The notes beneath the pieces were generated by a model. The model did no database searches, was not told where the DNA came from, and saw only the letters and a list, made by a program, of their open reading frames with translations. From Chlorokybus atmophyticus (Eukaryota; Plantae; Mesostigma and Chlorokybus algae): a stretch of DNA of 64,000 bases. Position 1 is the first letter of the stretch. Every line of letters starts with the position of its first letter. Of the stretch, positions 22,031 to 35,343 are shown piece after piece. A program made the position numbers and the translations under genes. The stretch is from the NCBI GenBank assembly GCA_009103225.1, contig RHPI01001715.1, positions 1,082,011 to 1,146,010 of the forward strand, written 5' to 3'.

Positions 22031-24345
22031 TTACGGACAAGGTTTGTGGCTTTTAAACTCGTTGAAATCGCACCCACCCGGCGCAAGCTCATTTTGAAAG
22101 TAGAAATTGTAAATGGCTGTCTTGACTGCGCGCGGAGATAACATGTCACCACGAAGATTGACACACACACACAAAAAACACAAGAATACAACACAAAAAT
22201 AGCAAAGGGGAACTCGCACATGCGTGTATATGGATGTCACCATCAAATCCACTTACGTCTTGTGGTATTGCTCGCATTGTAGAAGCCGTGGTGAAAGTCG
22301 AGCTTGATCGAAAGGGGGCACTAAGCATGGATAAAACGCTCAACTAACATGCATCAGCAACGCAAGTATACCATGGGCAAAAAACGCAAGTAACATTGTG
22401 CTACCACACCAACGTGCCCATGATACGACAATTCTGCATTCAGCAAAGCCGCGGTAGCCTCCTTTGCGAAATAGTCAACCAGAGTTGCTTAAACGTTAAT
22501 GCGCAGGACACTTGCGTCAATAGCACGCAGGCATTTGTGTTCTTACTTGGCTGACACTGATAGGCAAACACACATACACGCCCGCGCGTGCGCGCGCAAG
22601 CATGCACAGGCACAAATGTGTGCACACATTTGCAAAGAGAACAACATACCGTACGCCTTAAGGAAACCCTAAGAGCGTCTTTGATGGTACGGTTACCAAA
22701 GAAGCTCAATGATCTGCACAGAAAGAAGCCAATTCTGCATACGTACCGCATGCACGGCGCTGGCAAGCAGTAGCTTAGGCCTTAAACAGGGAACAAAGCT
22801 CAAAGCATCCATACTCGTGCATCTTGGCTTGCTCTGCAAGCGAATGCATCAGAGAGCTTGGTGTAAGGCTTGATGTTTTTCGGCCAGTAGCATGCCAGAA
22901 GACCCCGCCAGCTTGACGAAGAACAGCCGCGCTTCCCACGCACTCTCTCCTCCGGGAATGCCACCCTGTCGGTCACACGGTTGAAAGTGCTGTTGATGTG
23001 AGCGCGTGCGTGTACATGGCTGTGTATGCACACACTTACGTTGCGCAGGATGACGCTGTGGTAATCACTGTCATGTTGAAGCTGTGGGACACCTCAACGC
23101 CATCCTGTGAGAGCGTTACCATGATGTGTTTGACTCCTCTAGGACTATGCATGCAGCGCCTTGCACGCAGTGAGCAACAAACGCACGCACTTGTTGCTCA
23201 CTAACCACATTGCCTGGTCCGCAGTCTATAGTGACGGTAGGAGGCAGGCTGTATATAGTTAACGTGGACACGCGCACGAGAATGTCCTCCTCAGTCGTTG
23301 GGATTGGGTTGCTGCCCGACGCAGTCAAGTCGTTGATGTTGAGCTTGTAGTTATCAAAGGCAGCGACAGTCACATTGATTGTGTACACTTGTGTCGGCGA
23401 GGCGGGGCAGGCCGGGCTGCTGCTGACTCGCACGCGCACTGCATACACACCCGGAGCAAGCCTATAGTTGTTCTCAAAAACAAAAGGCAAATTCCCCGTA
23501 GCATCATCAAATGTGCCGTCGTTATCACTGTCCCACGCAAGGAGACGCGCTCTCCCGCACGCATCGCTTGTGGTGGGAGCCACAATTATCCCGCTTGCCT
23601 CGTCGAGTCCACACGGGGGCACACGGTACAGGCCTCCCAAGCTGCTCGTGCACGCGCACACACAAGCAGGTGAGTGCACTCCGTGCGCAGGTGTGAGGTG
23701 AGAACAGGTGCAGCAGCAGTTACTAGAAGGTTTCGACTCGAAGTGTGATTGAGCGCGATGCTGTGGTGCCAAACTGAGTGAGCGTGGCGGTGAGGGTTTT
23801 TAAGCCAGGGCTGCTTGTATCGACACACCATTTCTCCGACACCCTGGGTGAACCACAAGCAACACCAACATCAACAAGAGTAAGCGCGCATACACACTAG
23901 CACATACTGCAACTACTACTCACCACACCGTCTGCCCCGCGGTCTATTGCAGACTCAAAGGGTGCGCAAGTTGCCCTAGCGCTGTCCAACACTCCCAACA
24001 CTGTTGCTATTCGTTGTGACTGCTATCAAGCTGCGGAAGGCTAGTTGCCCTGTGGTGACATCCACAGTAGTGCTCATCACTTGTTCTGGAGGTGAGTTTG
24101 TGCAAGAACTGCTGCTGCCGCTGGCGCGCACGCTGATGGTGTGAACGCCAGGGTTGAGGCCCAGGTTGTAGGCGATAAAGCTGGGGTTGGGGCCGGTTGC
24201 ATCATCGAACATGTTGTCGTTGTCCAAGTCCCAAGTCAGTATTTGCTACGTGCTGCAGGCATCCGTGCCTGCGCTGGCAGTCAGCTTGATAGTAGCGCAT
24301 ATGCCAGCAGTGTAAGAGCCTCCTATGCTGAAGAAGGCAACATGG
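22031..24345 (-). pseudogene. Intron-containing surface-protein-like gene with two PKD/Ig-like repeats and a bacterial-style C-terminal domain; 5-prime end not located
   Basis: IGGSYTAGICATIKLTAS...TWDLDNDNMFDDATG and LGGLYRV...AWDSDNDGTFDDATG repeats, then GCSSSSW...FFGNRTIKDAL...AKEATAALLNA...KPCP*. GT/AG introns. In-frame TAG at 24246-24248. Confidence 0.6.
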
Positions 24346-25314
24346 TCTCAGCTCACAATGTGCGTGTGTGCATGCTAAAGGAAATGCTTGATTTAGTAGA
24401 GCGTGCCGCTCTCACACGCATGCAATGAACTCTTCGCACATGCATGCATGCATGCATCATCACCATCAACTGGCTGAGGCGGACTGGGTTTGTCTGACCA
24501 ATGCCAGCCAGCTATGTGACAGCAATGACAAGCAAGAACAAAGTGTATGAACATCCATGCAAGCAACATGGGTGTCGTGGCACAAACTCACGTGAGGGCG
24601 GAGGCGGAGGCAGCTAAAAGAGCCAGAGACAGCATCCATGCCGTCGCCATTGCCAGCGGCGGAGGCGAAGAAAGAGCAGCTCGACCCGACAGCCTTGCGG
24701 CCTGCAAAGAAAAAGCAGACGATTGGTCGGAAAACATCCCCTTCACTTGCAGCTGCGAAGGTTGTAAGAATAGCAGCCAAACAACGGGACATGGGAGGAA
24801 CAGAACAGGTCAAACAGGAGTGCGTGTATGAAGACTTGGCCTAAGGCATGCACACACAGGGAACACATGCACAGCGGAGCAGCAGACACAGGGCGGAAGG
24901 CGAGGCGGCCGCAGCCGCAGCCGCAAGCAGCTTCGCAGCAATCAAGAGAGCGTTCCCTCAACCATAGACACATACATAAGGCCAGGCACCAAGTACTCAA
25001 CGGGGACAACGCCGAGACGGCGTCGGCGGCGGCGGCGTCGGCAATGCACAATGAAGCGTGCACACCGCGAGAAGAGAGAGAGAGAGCAAGCAAAGAATAT
25101 ACAGGGCAAGCTCGGTGGTAGGCCACCACTGGAGTGTAAAACGTACCAACGCGGTGCCACGTAAGTCCCAGGGCCCCTTTGCTACGCACGTATCCAGCAT
25201 GCTCGCCGTTTCTACCCTGCAGGTATCGCCTATCTTGATCGGTGCGTGCAGGTGGAGTGGTACTTGCCTGAGCAAGTTGCTGGTGCGCTGCGTGATAGAA
25301 GTGCATGAAACAGG

Positions 25315-25485
25315 AAAAAAAAAAAAAAAAAAAANNNNNNNNNNNNNNNNNNNNNNNNNNNNNNNNNNNNNNNNNNNNNNNNNNNNNNNNNNNNNNNNNN
25401 NNNNNNNNNNNNNNNNNNNNNNNNNNNNNNNNNNNNNNNNNNNNNNNNNNNNNNNNNNNNNNNNAAAAAAAAAAAAAAAAAAAAA
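25315..25485. other. Poly-A-flanked assembly gap
   Basis: A runs around an N block. Confidence 0.95.
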
Positions 25486-28400
25486 GGAAATCGCACTGCA
25501 TTCCTACTACCGGTAGTACCGGTAGGCTACTACAGGCAATAACTGGTGCGTCATTTTAATATCTCAGGTACCTCCGGCAAGTCCAAAGCACTGCAGTGAT
25601 GTGCCTGCAAGAATTGTTGAGCAGGCAGCCTGCTTCCCATTACTGATGAGTCATGACAACTTGCGAGTCGCTGGTGCAGCAGAAAATGTAACACGCAATG
25701 TAAGCCGTATCTTGCATAACCGAACGATAAAGTTCACACAAGTGTCCCCGCTTGTCTGTGAGTTTGTCGAAGCTTCGGATGCCCTGCCTGCAGGCGCCTG
25801 ACTCGCTGACTTGCATGACAGCCGACCCGACCTTCTGCTTTTGGGAGGCCAATGACTTACAGGCACGTATCACCTGTGTTCAAGCTGACCTACTACTCAA
25901 AGACACTCAAACTCGCTCATCCTTCACATCTTAATTAGCTATTAAGTTAAGTTAACTTGCAAGATTATAACTTAATATTGGATTACATAGTTTCCATGCA
26001 AATACAAGTGGAGCTGCAAGTTGTTTAAAAACCGTATTAATAACGCTTCAATGCATAATGATTGACCGAAAGAATGCACAAAACTCGCAATGCAGCACGC
26101 TACGATCAAACACATAGACACACAACCTTGTTTGCATTCAATAACCGCATGTTATGACACTCAATTGTAACATGTAGCTACATGATATTGTGACTAGATA
26201 AATGCATACACGTTTTCATCGATATGACGTTTTACTATGCTTCCAGGATGTGATGTAGATCAAATTAAAGGGTAAGATTTGACCTCGTCCGTAAGAGACA
26301 TTGATTTTTAATAAAAAGAACTTCTAAAGATGAGACCGTTAACACCAAAACTGCATTGAAGTCAGCGGCTTCACGTGCTTATACGTATTATTCAAACCCG
26401 AAACAAGAAGGAGTTGTTGATCTTAATGTTGAGTGCCACATAATCATCGGTGTGCGAGATAGAATTGCTTGCTATTACATTGCGAAGTCTCAGTGCACAC
26501 AGATTGTGATACACAAATTGTTATTGTCAAGCGCATAGCATTTATACTATCTTGTGTCATGTGTGCGACACCCACGTCCTGGCAAACTCCCCTCAAAATG
26601 ATGCACAACTGTGTGGGGTCTATGAATGGCAATACTGTGCGCCTCGAGGTCCTGGGCGATCGGACAGAGGTTGCAACATTAGTACAGCAAGGAAACAAAG
26701 ACTTATGTAAAGTGGACGGGCAAGCCGTACTTTAAACGCCGCCGTATTTCTTATGCGCCAAAGACACATATATAAAACCCTCCACCACGCAAAGGGCAAT
26801 AAAAAATCTTGCTAAAAGCCTCACATAAATGTGTGCGTGGTGCGCAACTTGTTGAGCATGCGCAAGCACACTGTTATGTGAACACGCATGCGCTCGCGCA
26901 CCAAAAAGGCAAGTTGTGTACATGTAAAACCATGCAAGTGTATTTATGCGTACGCAAGTGTACCGGACTGATACAACAATAAGGCTCCCACGAGTGTGTG
27001 TGCATTTGCATGTGTCCGCGTGCATGAGCATGCGAGCGGGACACACCGCAAGAAACATTGAACAAACACAATAATGGCATGGAGCTCATTAAACATAACC
27101 CTCCCACAAGGCAGAGACTACAACGCAAGGCAGCGGCAACATAGTGGTTGGAGCCGTCAACGTCTTGACGTTCTAGCTAAACTTCAAACACGGGACAAAG
27201 CACCTCGCTAGACACGACCCATAATTATCCCCCCAGACGGCCCACAACTCTGCATTGAGACCGCAACTGCAACTGCAACCCCAACCCCAACCCCAACCCT
27301 CACCCTCCTCAATTGCACGCCCTACAGATGCTTGCGCTGTTGTTATGCTCTTGTTGCTATATTTGCATGTGTGCAGCAGGTATGCGCAAGCAACAAACAT
27401 GTAATGTGTTGCTTTTATTTAAACTCCGTTCAGGAAGAAAAGCACATGGCCGCAGCAACTCAGAGAGTTTTTGCCGTGCATGCCAAGGTCTACGGCCTTG
27501 GCACGGCTGACGAAACCCTACGTATGCAGTGGCAAAAGCAGATGCGATAGCAGTTGTCGTGGTGGCGGAGGTTGGGAGCGGCGGCGAGGGGGGAGTCTGC
27601 TAGTCGTTGTGGTCGTCAACGTGGTCCTACTCAAGGCTGAGTCTACTGGCGATGTGGCAGGTAATGCATGCTTGCAGGCGGACAGGGTTGGGCAGTAGAG
27701 TAGTGAAGTAGGTAGTAGTAGGTAGTGTGTACCTAGCCCGGTGGTCGCGATAGAGGTGAGTGTGATTGTGGTGAAGTGTCCATGCATGTGTCGTGCATGT
27801 TGCATACATCACGTGCACATTCTATACACTTTACACTGAATGCGTAAAGCACTTCAGTAGACACCCTAGCAGCAGTATTTAGGAGAGAGCTTCATGTCGG
27901 TCTCTGTCTGTATACAGCTCAACCCCCAAGTCACCTGTCGACCATCGGCCGTAAGGGGCGGCGGTCACCCCGTTGGACAGCCTCATGGAGGATGCAGACG
28001 CAGTCTTAGGCTCAGGCGGGCTGCAGCTGTTGTTACCTTGCTGTCGTCAATTTACTGTGCATGCAGGTTACACAGCCGTTTCAGCTGACTGAGCTGTCGC
28101 CACCGCCCTAATATTGGCGGCCATTCATGCTGGTGCCGGAAAGGCAGGCACCTGAGTGGCAGCAGCTCCTGGACTGGTCTAACTTGTCTAGCCTGACCCA
28201 GGCGCTAAGTCCATACATGCAGACTCATACCAGTGGCGTGTAGCTCTGAGCCGCCGGCGCAGCATATGCACGAGCATGTGTTGTTGTCTCACTGTCCTCA
28301 CTCACACCTGCTGGCGAGCCTTGTTCTTGCGTACCTTCTGCCTTGACGCCGCCGCTCACTCTCATGCCGCCAGTGCATGCTGATGTTGATGGAAGCCACC

Positions 28401-28710
28401 AAGCCAAAATGGTTGCACCCGACATCACACTGTGCTTTGTGCAGGCATGGCGTTGCACCCGACATCACACTTTGCTCCAAGGGTAACAACTCCCAGGTCA
28501 TGTTAGTGGTAAGGCATGAGCGATGCTTTGCATACATGTGCAGGTGAGCTACATGCCAAATTAAACCACTTCTCACCTGCTTGCAATGTTGCGCAGCTGC
28601 GTGCGCACAATCCCACACACATGTAACAGCTGATACCAAAGACAGATCACATCCACGTTATGTACAGCACGCAGATCCGCAACCAGCCCAATGCCTCAAC
28701 ACTAACACTG

Positions 28711-31700
28711 TCATGACTGAGGCTCGCTATCATCTGCGGCATACCCCTGCTGGCTTGGCCCATAGCCAGCGGTCGCATAGAACTCTTGCTGCTGCTGCTG
28801 ATACTGCCTGACGGTGTCCTGCTGCTGCGCATAGTATGCGTGAGCACCCGCATGGGTGCGCCCCAGCTGGTGTTGATGATAGGGCGGGTACGGGTACTGC
28901 TGCGAGGATGTTGGTTGTGCAGGGGTTGCGCCATGTGCATGTGCACGTGCCTGTGCCTGTGCGTGTGCTTGTGTGTGTGCGTGTGAAGGTGGTGTTGGCC
29001 ACCAGTGCCGGTGCTGTGGCGGTGGGTAGTAGCTCCATGGCGGGGGTGGGTGAGGAGGAGTTGAATAGCCATATGTTGGCGGCCTGTAGTGCTGTGAATG
29101 GTAGTATGGGTAGTAGTACGGGTTGGGTGGTGGGTAATATGCGTGCGGTGGCCAGGGCGGGACGAGTGTGTGTGGGGGATAATAGTATCCGTACTGCAGC
29201 CATGGTGGGGGAGGCGGGGGCGGGAACGGGTGGTACCCGCCACCGCACCAATGGCTGTCTGTGGTCGTAGCATTGGATGCTACATGTGGTGGTGCTGCTG
29301 CTGCTGCGGGCTCATCAGGGTACTCATCATGGACACGTTGCCGAGCATCCTGCTGTTGTTGCTCGCTGTGTGGAGCGGGAGGTGCCGTGGACGTCTCCGG
29401 GATGGACTCCAGCCCCGCTGTGGACGCACTAGCGGCATTTGAGGGACGGCTCGGGTACGACTCTGCGCCACCATTCGAGTTAAAACTCATCCTTGATAGC
29501 TGCTCGGAGGGCGGGTCAAAGGGAGCTTCAACCCCATCGCCATTCATCGAGTAGAGAAGGTGTTCATGATGGAAATGTGGGCTTTCATCGTTGTCCTGAG
29601 TCATCACAACATGGCCATTCTGCACAACCGCAGCAGCGTGTTCATCATAGCACATTAATGGCAGAGCTGCTTCCTCTCTTTTGCTCGTCGTTGCTTCAAT
29701 CTTCGCCTGAGACGCTTGCAACAGCGCCTGAAAGGCCGCGCGGTCTGAGTCGCGCGTGAGCTCATAAGCAAATTGTGTGGAGGGCAAGATGTCCGGCAGA
29801 GGTTCCAGTGACATGTTGTGCTGCTGCTGCAGCTTCCGTAGCCTGTCCAACTCCTCTCCATTCACGAATGATATCGCAATGCCGTGCGTGCCTGCAATTG
29901 TGTGTATGAGTGTGTGAGCGTCGTATCGGATGCACGCACACACCAGCGTGCATACGCCAGCATGAGCAGCATAACCGTACCAAAGCGGCCGGTACGCCCT
30001 ATGCGGTGCAGGTAGGTTGCGTCATCTTTGGGCAAGTCCAGGTTGATCACAACGTTGACGTGCTCCAGATCAACACCCCGCGCGGTTAGATCGGTGGACA
30101 CCAGAACGCGCAGTAGCAAGCCACGCACGGAGGCCATAGCGCCCTGCAACCGCAAGAGAAGAAACCCATGAACACACAGCATTATATCATGTTGCACGCA
30201 GGCGCACATACACACATTCAACATGTCACAACACCTACCATCCGTTGTTTTTGATCCAAAGCGCCGGATATGAATGCTGCGGGGAACCCGTACTCCGAGA
30301 CGCGTGCCGTGAGTCCCTCTGCAAAGGCAGGGTTGGTGCAGAAGACAATCGCCTGCGAGCATGGGCGCACTCAATCACCAAGCGAATGCACCACACACTG
30401 TGCCCGCATGCACACCTGATGAAAAGCGACTGTGTCAAGTGTGCGCATGAGGGCGTGTTCCTTGGCAGTGTTCGCATCCGCCGCCAGCTCTGCATCGGGT
30501 ATATGCAGAAAGTACTGACGAACAGCTTTGGGTGCGGCTTCATCCGTGGACAGCATGATGTGCTGCGGCTCACGCATCAGTGCTTCAACAGCACTGAGCA
30601 AAGCTTGGGAGTACGTGGCTGACCAAGCCATGACCTGCACCAAGACGCAAGTTGAAGCTGTACGCAATTGTGCCTGCTTGACTATACCATATTGCCTCCG
30701 TGTCGTAATGGCTACTGTATAGTATGCAAGTAGCAGCCCATTTTGAGCATGGTTGGGTGCACGTTGATGCCGTTGTACGAGAATACTGGTTTCCTATGCA
30801 TGCGGTGACTTACAAAATAGCAGCTTGTCACCTGTTTGCGCTGAGGCAGTGCCTTGTGAATCCACTGAACCGCCCCATCGAAAGCGCCCTCCTCTAGCAG
30901 ACGATCAGCCTCATCTAACACAAACATTCGCACCTGAAATAGGGGCTCTGAGTGCATGCCACAAACGCCCCATCAGTGCTGATGTCCAACAACAACAGCA
31001 CACAACACGCGCATAGGGTACTGAGCTGCAACTGACTACACTGAAGCCGACATGTTAGAAAGCTGTCCATGCTATGCAGAAGCATTTCACTGCCAGGCGC
31101 ATGATGACAATGTGTGGGGAATGAACTACTTACCGAGGACGCCCGCAGTGCTCCGGTCTCAAGCAGCGCACGTATGCGACCGGGCGTGCCCACCACAACA
31201 TGGCAGGGTGAAGAACGCAGTCGGTGTTCATCCTGACCAACAGGCAAGCCCCCGACAAAGACCGCGCAGTCCAACTGGGCTGGCAGGCATGCGCACACTT
31301 CCACAAACACCTGTTGTGGTGTTACTCAGTCAGCTGCCCTACATTGTGTACGTAGAACACTGTCGAAACTGACATGCTTCATTTTGCCATACCTCTCTGA
31401 TTTGCAAAGCGATTTCTCTAGTTGGTGCCAAAACAAGGGCCTGCAGCACACGGACGTTTTATGAACAAGCCATTGTGGCTTGTTCAAGCTTAAAGCAACC
31501 AACTGGCTCAATGTAATGCATGCTTGCAATGCCGCACCTGCGGTTGCGCCACACCCAATTTTACGTTCTCAATGCAGATTGTCGCAAAGGCCACCGTCTT
31601 TCCAGTGCCAGACTTGGCCTGCACAACCAGATCTGCACATGCTCTGTGTGTCAGTGAGGACCCAGCAACATCACATGATTCTACCCTCTGAGCATGAAGA

Positions 31701-31905
31701 GCAGTAGAGCGCTGTGAGTGGGATATGCATGCCCACCTGCACCGAAGCGGCCAAGCGGGATGGACGCCAGCTGGACTGGGGATGGGCGTTGGAAGCCCGC
31801 ACTGCGGAGGCCCTCCAGCAGCGGCGGCGTTAGCAGGAGGTCCTCAAACAGGGCGCCCTCGCTGTTGATAACGTCGCCGCTCACATCCCGCCCGTCCCGG
31901 GCCAT
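28711..31905 (-). CDS. DDX20: DEAD-box RNA helicase, DDX20/Gemin3-like, with a Pro/Tyr/His/Gln-rich C-terminus
   Basis: [86 protein letters not shown] across GT-AG exons. SPVQ and QAKSGTGKT are DDX20-typical. Confidence 0.88.
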
Positions 31906-31975
31906 CACGGGGCCCTGAGCCTCCAGGCCGCCCAGCTACACCAGACCAGACCAGGCCATGCCAGGCCAGACCAAC

Positions 31976-31990
31976 AAACCCTAACCCTAA
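31976..31990 (+). promoter_or_regulatory. telo-box-like AAACCCTAACCCTAA just upstream of the DDX20 start
   Basis: Plant telo-box consensus AAACCCTA, about 70 nt from the ATG. Function is inferred only. Confidence 0.4.
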
Positions 31991-32820
31991 TTACACGGAA
32001 GCTTTCTGCTCCTTCCTTCCTCGTCGGCTCCTCCTTCCGTAACTCAACACGAAAGTTGGTTTCAGGTTCAGTTCGCGCCGAGCTTGCCAGCCGCACAAAT
32101 CGAAACAGTGGAGAGATCAACACAATGACAAGCAAGCTACCGTGCTAGACTAACCCAATGCGAAGTAGTGCCGACCGGCTGCGTAACGTCTGACGCTAAC
32201 ATCACGTTAGCGAGTGACCTTTCCTTTTTTGCAAGTCGGTTTGTCTGCATGCGCCAGATCAAACAGCTTGCATTGACTGCGCGCTTGTTGTCTCCGGTTC
32301 GTCAGGAAGATAACAAGTTCTGCGCCTTGCGTTGAGCGTGCTATTGCCTAAATTAGGCTTAGCGTTTGCCTCAGAGGACAAACGGGGCGAAGCGCCGTGG
32401 CAGGGGCGGCGGCGGCGGCAGCAGCGGCGACGGGGGTGTTGGTGAGGGGGAGGTCATCCACCCTGTAGCCTCGGTTCAACATGGCGGCTGCGGTGGCTTC
32501 ACCGACTCCTGTAACGAGCCTGTAAGTGGGCACCTTGCTGCGCTTGTGTTTGCTGATGAACAAGCCTCGTGGTCCAGTGGTCCAGTGGTCCAACCTGGCC
32601 TACCAAGCCAATTCGCCGGTCAGGCTTCGTGCTTTTCTCGAATGACTGCAGCTTAGTTGAGTGGCATTCATTCATGTGTTTTGCAGTGAATTACGTATTT
32701 TACAGCCACCGCTTGCCTAGAGCATTGCTCCAGATATGCCGCGACAGAAGGCAAGCCGCTTCTGCCAAGTTGCTCTCGCTTGTGCAAGTCCAGTGAAGCG
32801 TTAACGCTCATAGCTGCGGA

Positions 32821-34481
32821 ATGCATGGCAAATTGGCTGTCTCCGACATTGCATGTGCAATTGGTTGGTGTGAGCTGGTAGCTAAGGATGCCTGTATGAA
32901 GCACCACAAGCATAACGAGCATCCAGCTGGTCACAGCATCAACAATGTGCAAACCAACAGGAAGTCAGATCTGAGCCTGCACTCGGAGCTGAACCAGTTG
33001 AGGCGTCTTGGCACCTCTCACCACCAGCAGCACCAGCATCATCACAGGCATAGGAGAGAAGCCTCACCCGCACGCACCGTCACAGCACAGGCCTCAGCAA
33101 CCACATCAGTCTCTTCCTCACCCAAAGCTGCTGCCACCGCTGTCTTCGACCACAAGTCCCTCGCACAAGCATTGTGAGTCGAAGAGTGTGGGTTGCAACT
33201 GTTGTTGGTGTGGGGTGTGAGTAATGTGTAGTCTGATTTGTGTTATGGCTGCAGATCAGATGCTACTGCACTCAAGGAAAAGAGCAAATCCATTGGGGGT
33301 TCCATAGCGCACACAACCCAACGTAAAGAACATCCCGCGCCGATATGGGTATTCGGGTGAGTCAGTGGCTGTGTATGGGGTGCGCGTCCATGAGACAATT
33401 GTCCTCATGTTCACACGCTGCACGCACCCACAGGTACGGGTCAATAATATGGAGGCCGGGGTTTGTGTACTCGAAACGGGTTGAGGGTTATATTAAGGAC
33501 TACAGCCGGGTGTTTCATCAAGGTAATACTGATCATCGTGGAACGCCGGATTTCCCGGGCCGCACCGTCACACTCGAACACCAGCCCGGCGCCGTGACGG
33601 TGAGAGCACGTGGCGAGCTTGTTGTTGTGCACTCATCAGGGGGAAGTTAGTTGGTTTTTTTCTGTGTGGCTTATGTGTGGGTGTGGTTGTGTCTGTTAGT
33701 GGGGCGTAGCGTTCTGCATAGAAGGCGATCGTGAGGCGCAACGACGGGCACTAGAGGTGGGTGTGTGCCTTCAGGCAATGTGTGCATTCAACCTGCCATT
33801 TCAACGTTGTGTCTTTTTGTATGTGATGCTTGGCCCTGTTGTTTTGTCTATCATTGTATTGGCCATAACCAATCTCAATGTTGATTGTTGTATGTGCAGT
33901 ACTTAGATGTTAGGGAACAGCAGTACGACGTGCGCACGCATTTACCTTTCTATACGGTGAGGACAGGAGTCACAGTAACACTACATTACTGGTCACTGGC
34001 AGTGTAATCAGCATCTCTAACTCTGACATTTCATCACAGGACACCGCAGATTCGCCACTTGTAGCCAAGTGCCTTGTGTAAGTGTGTTTTTATGCGGATA
34101 TGGCTGGCATTTGCTCATGTACATGTGTGCCAATGCATTAACCAAACTCTCTGCAGATATATCGCTTCGCCCAACCCAGCCAGCAACCCAATGTACTTAG
34201 GCCCCGCGCCCCTAGAAGAGTTGGCAAGGTGAGCAAGTGGCACAGTTAAAGTGGACAAAACATTGAGACACGACAGCTTCACATCTCATCGCTACCATTG
34301 CAACAGTGACGTAATCTCTCTTTGCAGGCAAATTGCCTTTGCGAAAGGTCCATCAGGCCACAATCACGTGTACCTGTTCCGGCTGGCCGAGGCCATGCGC
34401 GAGATGGGCGTGAAAGACGAGGAGTTATTTCACCTTGACAAGCTCACGCGAATGCTGGTACCCGTGCCAGTATGGGAATAA
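32821..34481 (+). CDS. CHAC: ChaC-family glutathione-specific gamma-glutamylcyclotransferase (GGCT2-like); start codon uncertain
   Basis: Spliced WVFG/YGSIIWRPGF, FHQGNTDHRGTPDFPGRTVTL, WGVAF, YLDVREQQYD, YLGPAPLEELARQIA and GPSGHNHVYLFRLA. Stop at 34481. Confidence 0.92.
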
Positions 34482-35343
34482 CATTGGCTTCCTTCACAGC
34501 GCCCTATCCATTTTTTGCACAATGAGGAGAGCACAATCAATTTTTCCTCTCCAGTCCAAGCTGTCACGCGCTGATTTCCCATTATTTCACCCTAATGCCC
34601 TGACCCTGAATGGCGAGTTAGGTTGATCTTGGCGCACAATTTTGAGTGTTCTATTCTTGGTTAATGGTTTGTACATTGGTAGATAAAGCCACCTGCGGGT
34701 GACTGTTACTGCTGTTTGCTAGACTAGCTAGCAAATGTTGATAAGCGATTTAGGAGGGTTGTTTCAACTCATTCAAGTGTAAATGTTACGCTCGCTATCA
34801 GATATGTGCGCGCGCATCGCCCCCCAGTCTTGCGCGTTGCGACTGCAACTTGCATATGAAGCATGGTAATACTCTGTGTAACTGCCCATAACCTGTCAGA
34901 AGTGTGTACAAAAGACGCCATGCCTCATGTACTGGAAACTTGCTTCAATTGCAATCGTGTCTGCCACCAACATGTCTTTAGTCTTTGCTTGTTAAGCTAC
35001 TCTATCGCTGGTCGTGTCTGTATGTTTTGGCGGTCAGTGCAACCAATGTTTGCATTATCTCAGCGCGCACTCGCAACTAATGTGATTAGGCGAGCTTCAA
35101 TGATCACATGTCAATGTTCGAATTGCTCGTGTGCGTCGTGTTGCACGCCTACACAGTGCGCAGTTCAATCTAGAGATCGAGCATAGTGAAGAACTACACA
35201 AAACTGCACAGTTTCTAGCTCATTGGTATGCTAAAATCAGGAAGAAGGAGCAACACTACCCTTGCCATATAAATACGCGAGCACACACGCTCTCATCGCG
35301 CTTGTAGCCGAGTTGCATCTACACATCTACACATGTCAACTAG

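Noticed and set aside
22040-22150. X8-domain-like IYNFYFQNELAPGGCDF
   Set aside because: The upstream X8 cysteine pattern is absent; the segment fits better as the end of the PKD-repeat gene.
24246-24248. In-frame TAG as evidence for stop-codon reassignment
   Set aside because: Intact genes end normally at TAG (NPU) and TAA (ChaC); pseudogenisation is simpler.
24547-25300. Lys/Ala/Gln-rich short ORFs on the plus strand
   Set aside because: Low complexity, next to a gap, and no coherent gene model.
28647-29554. Multiple overlapping ORFs at the DDX20 3-prime end
   Set aside because: They are alternative-frame shadows of the low-complexity last exon.
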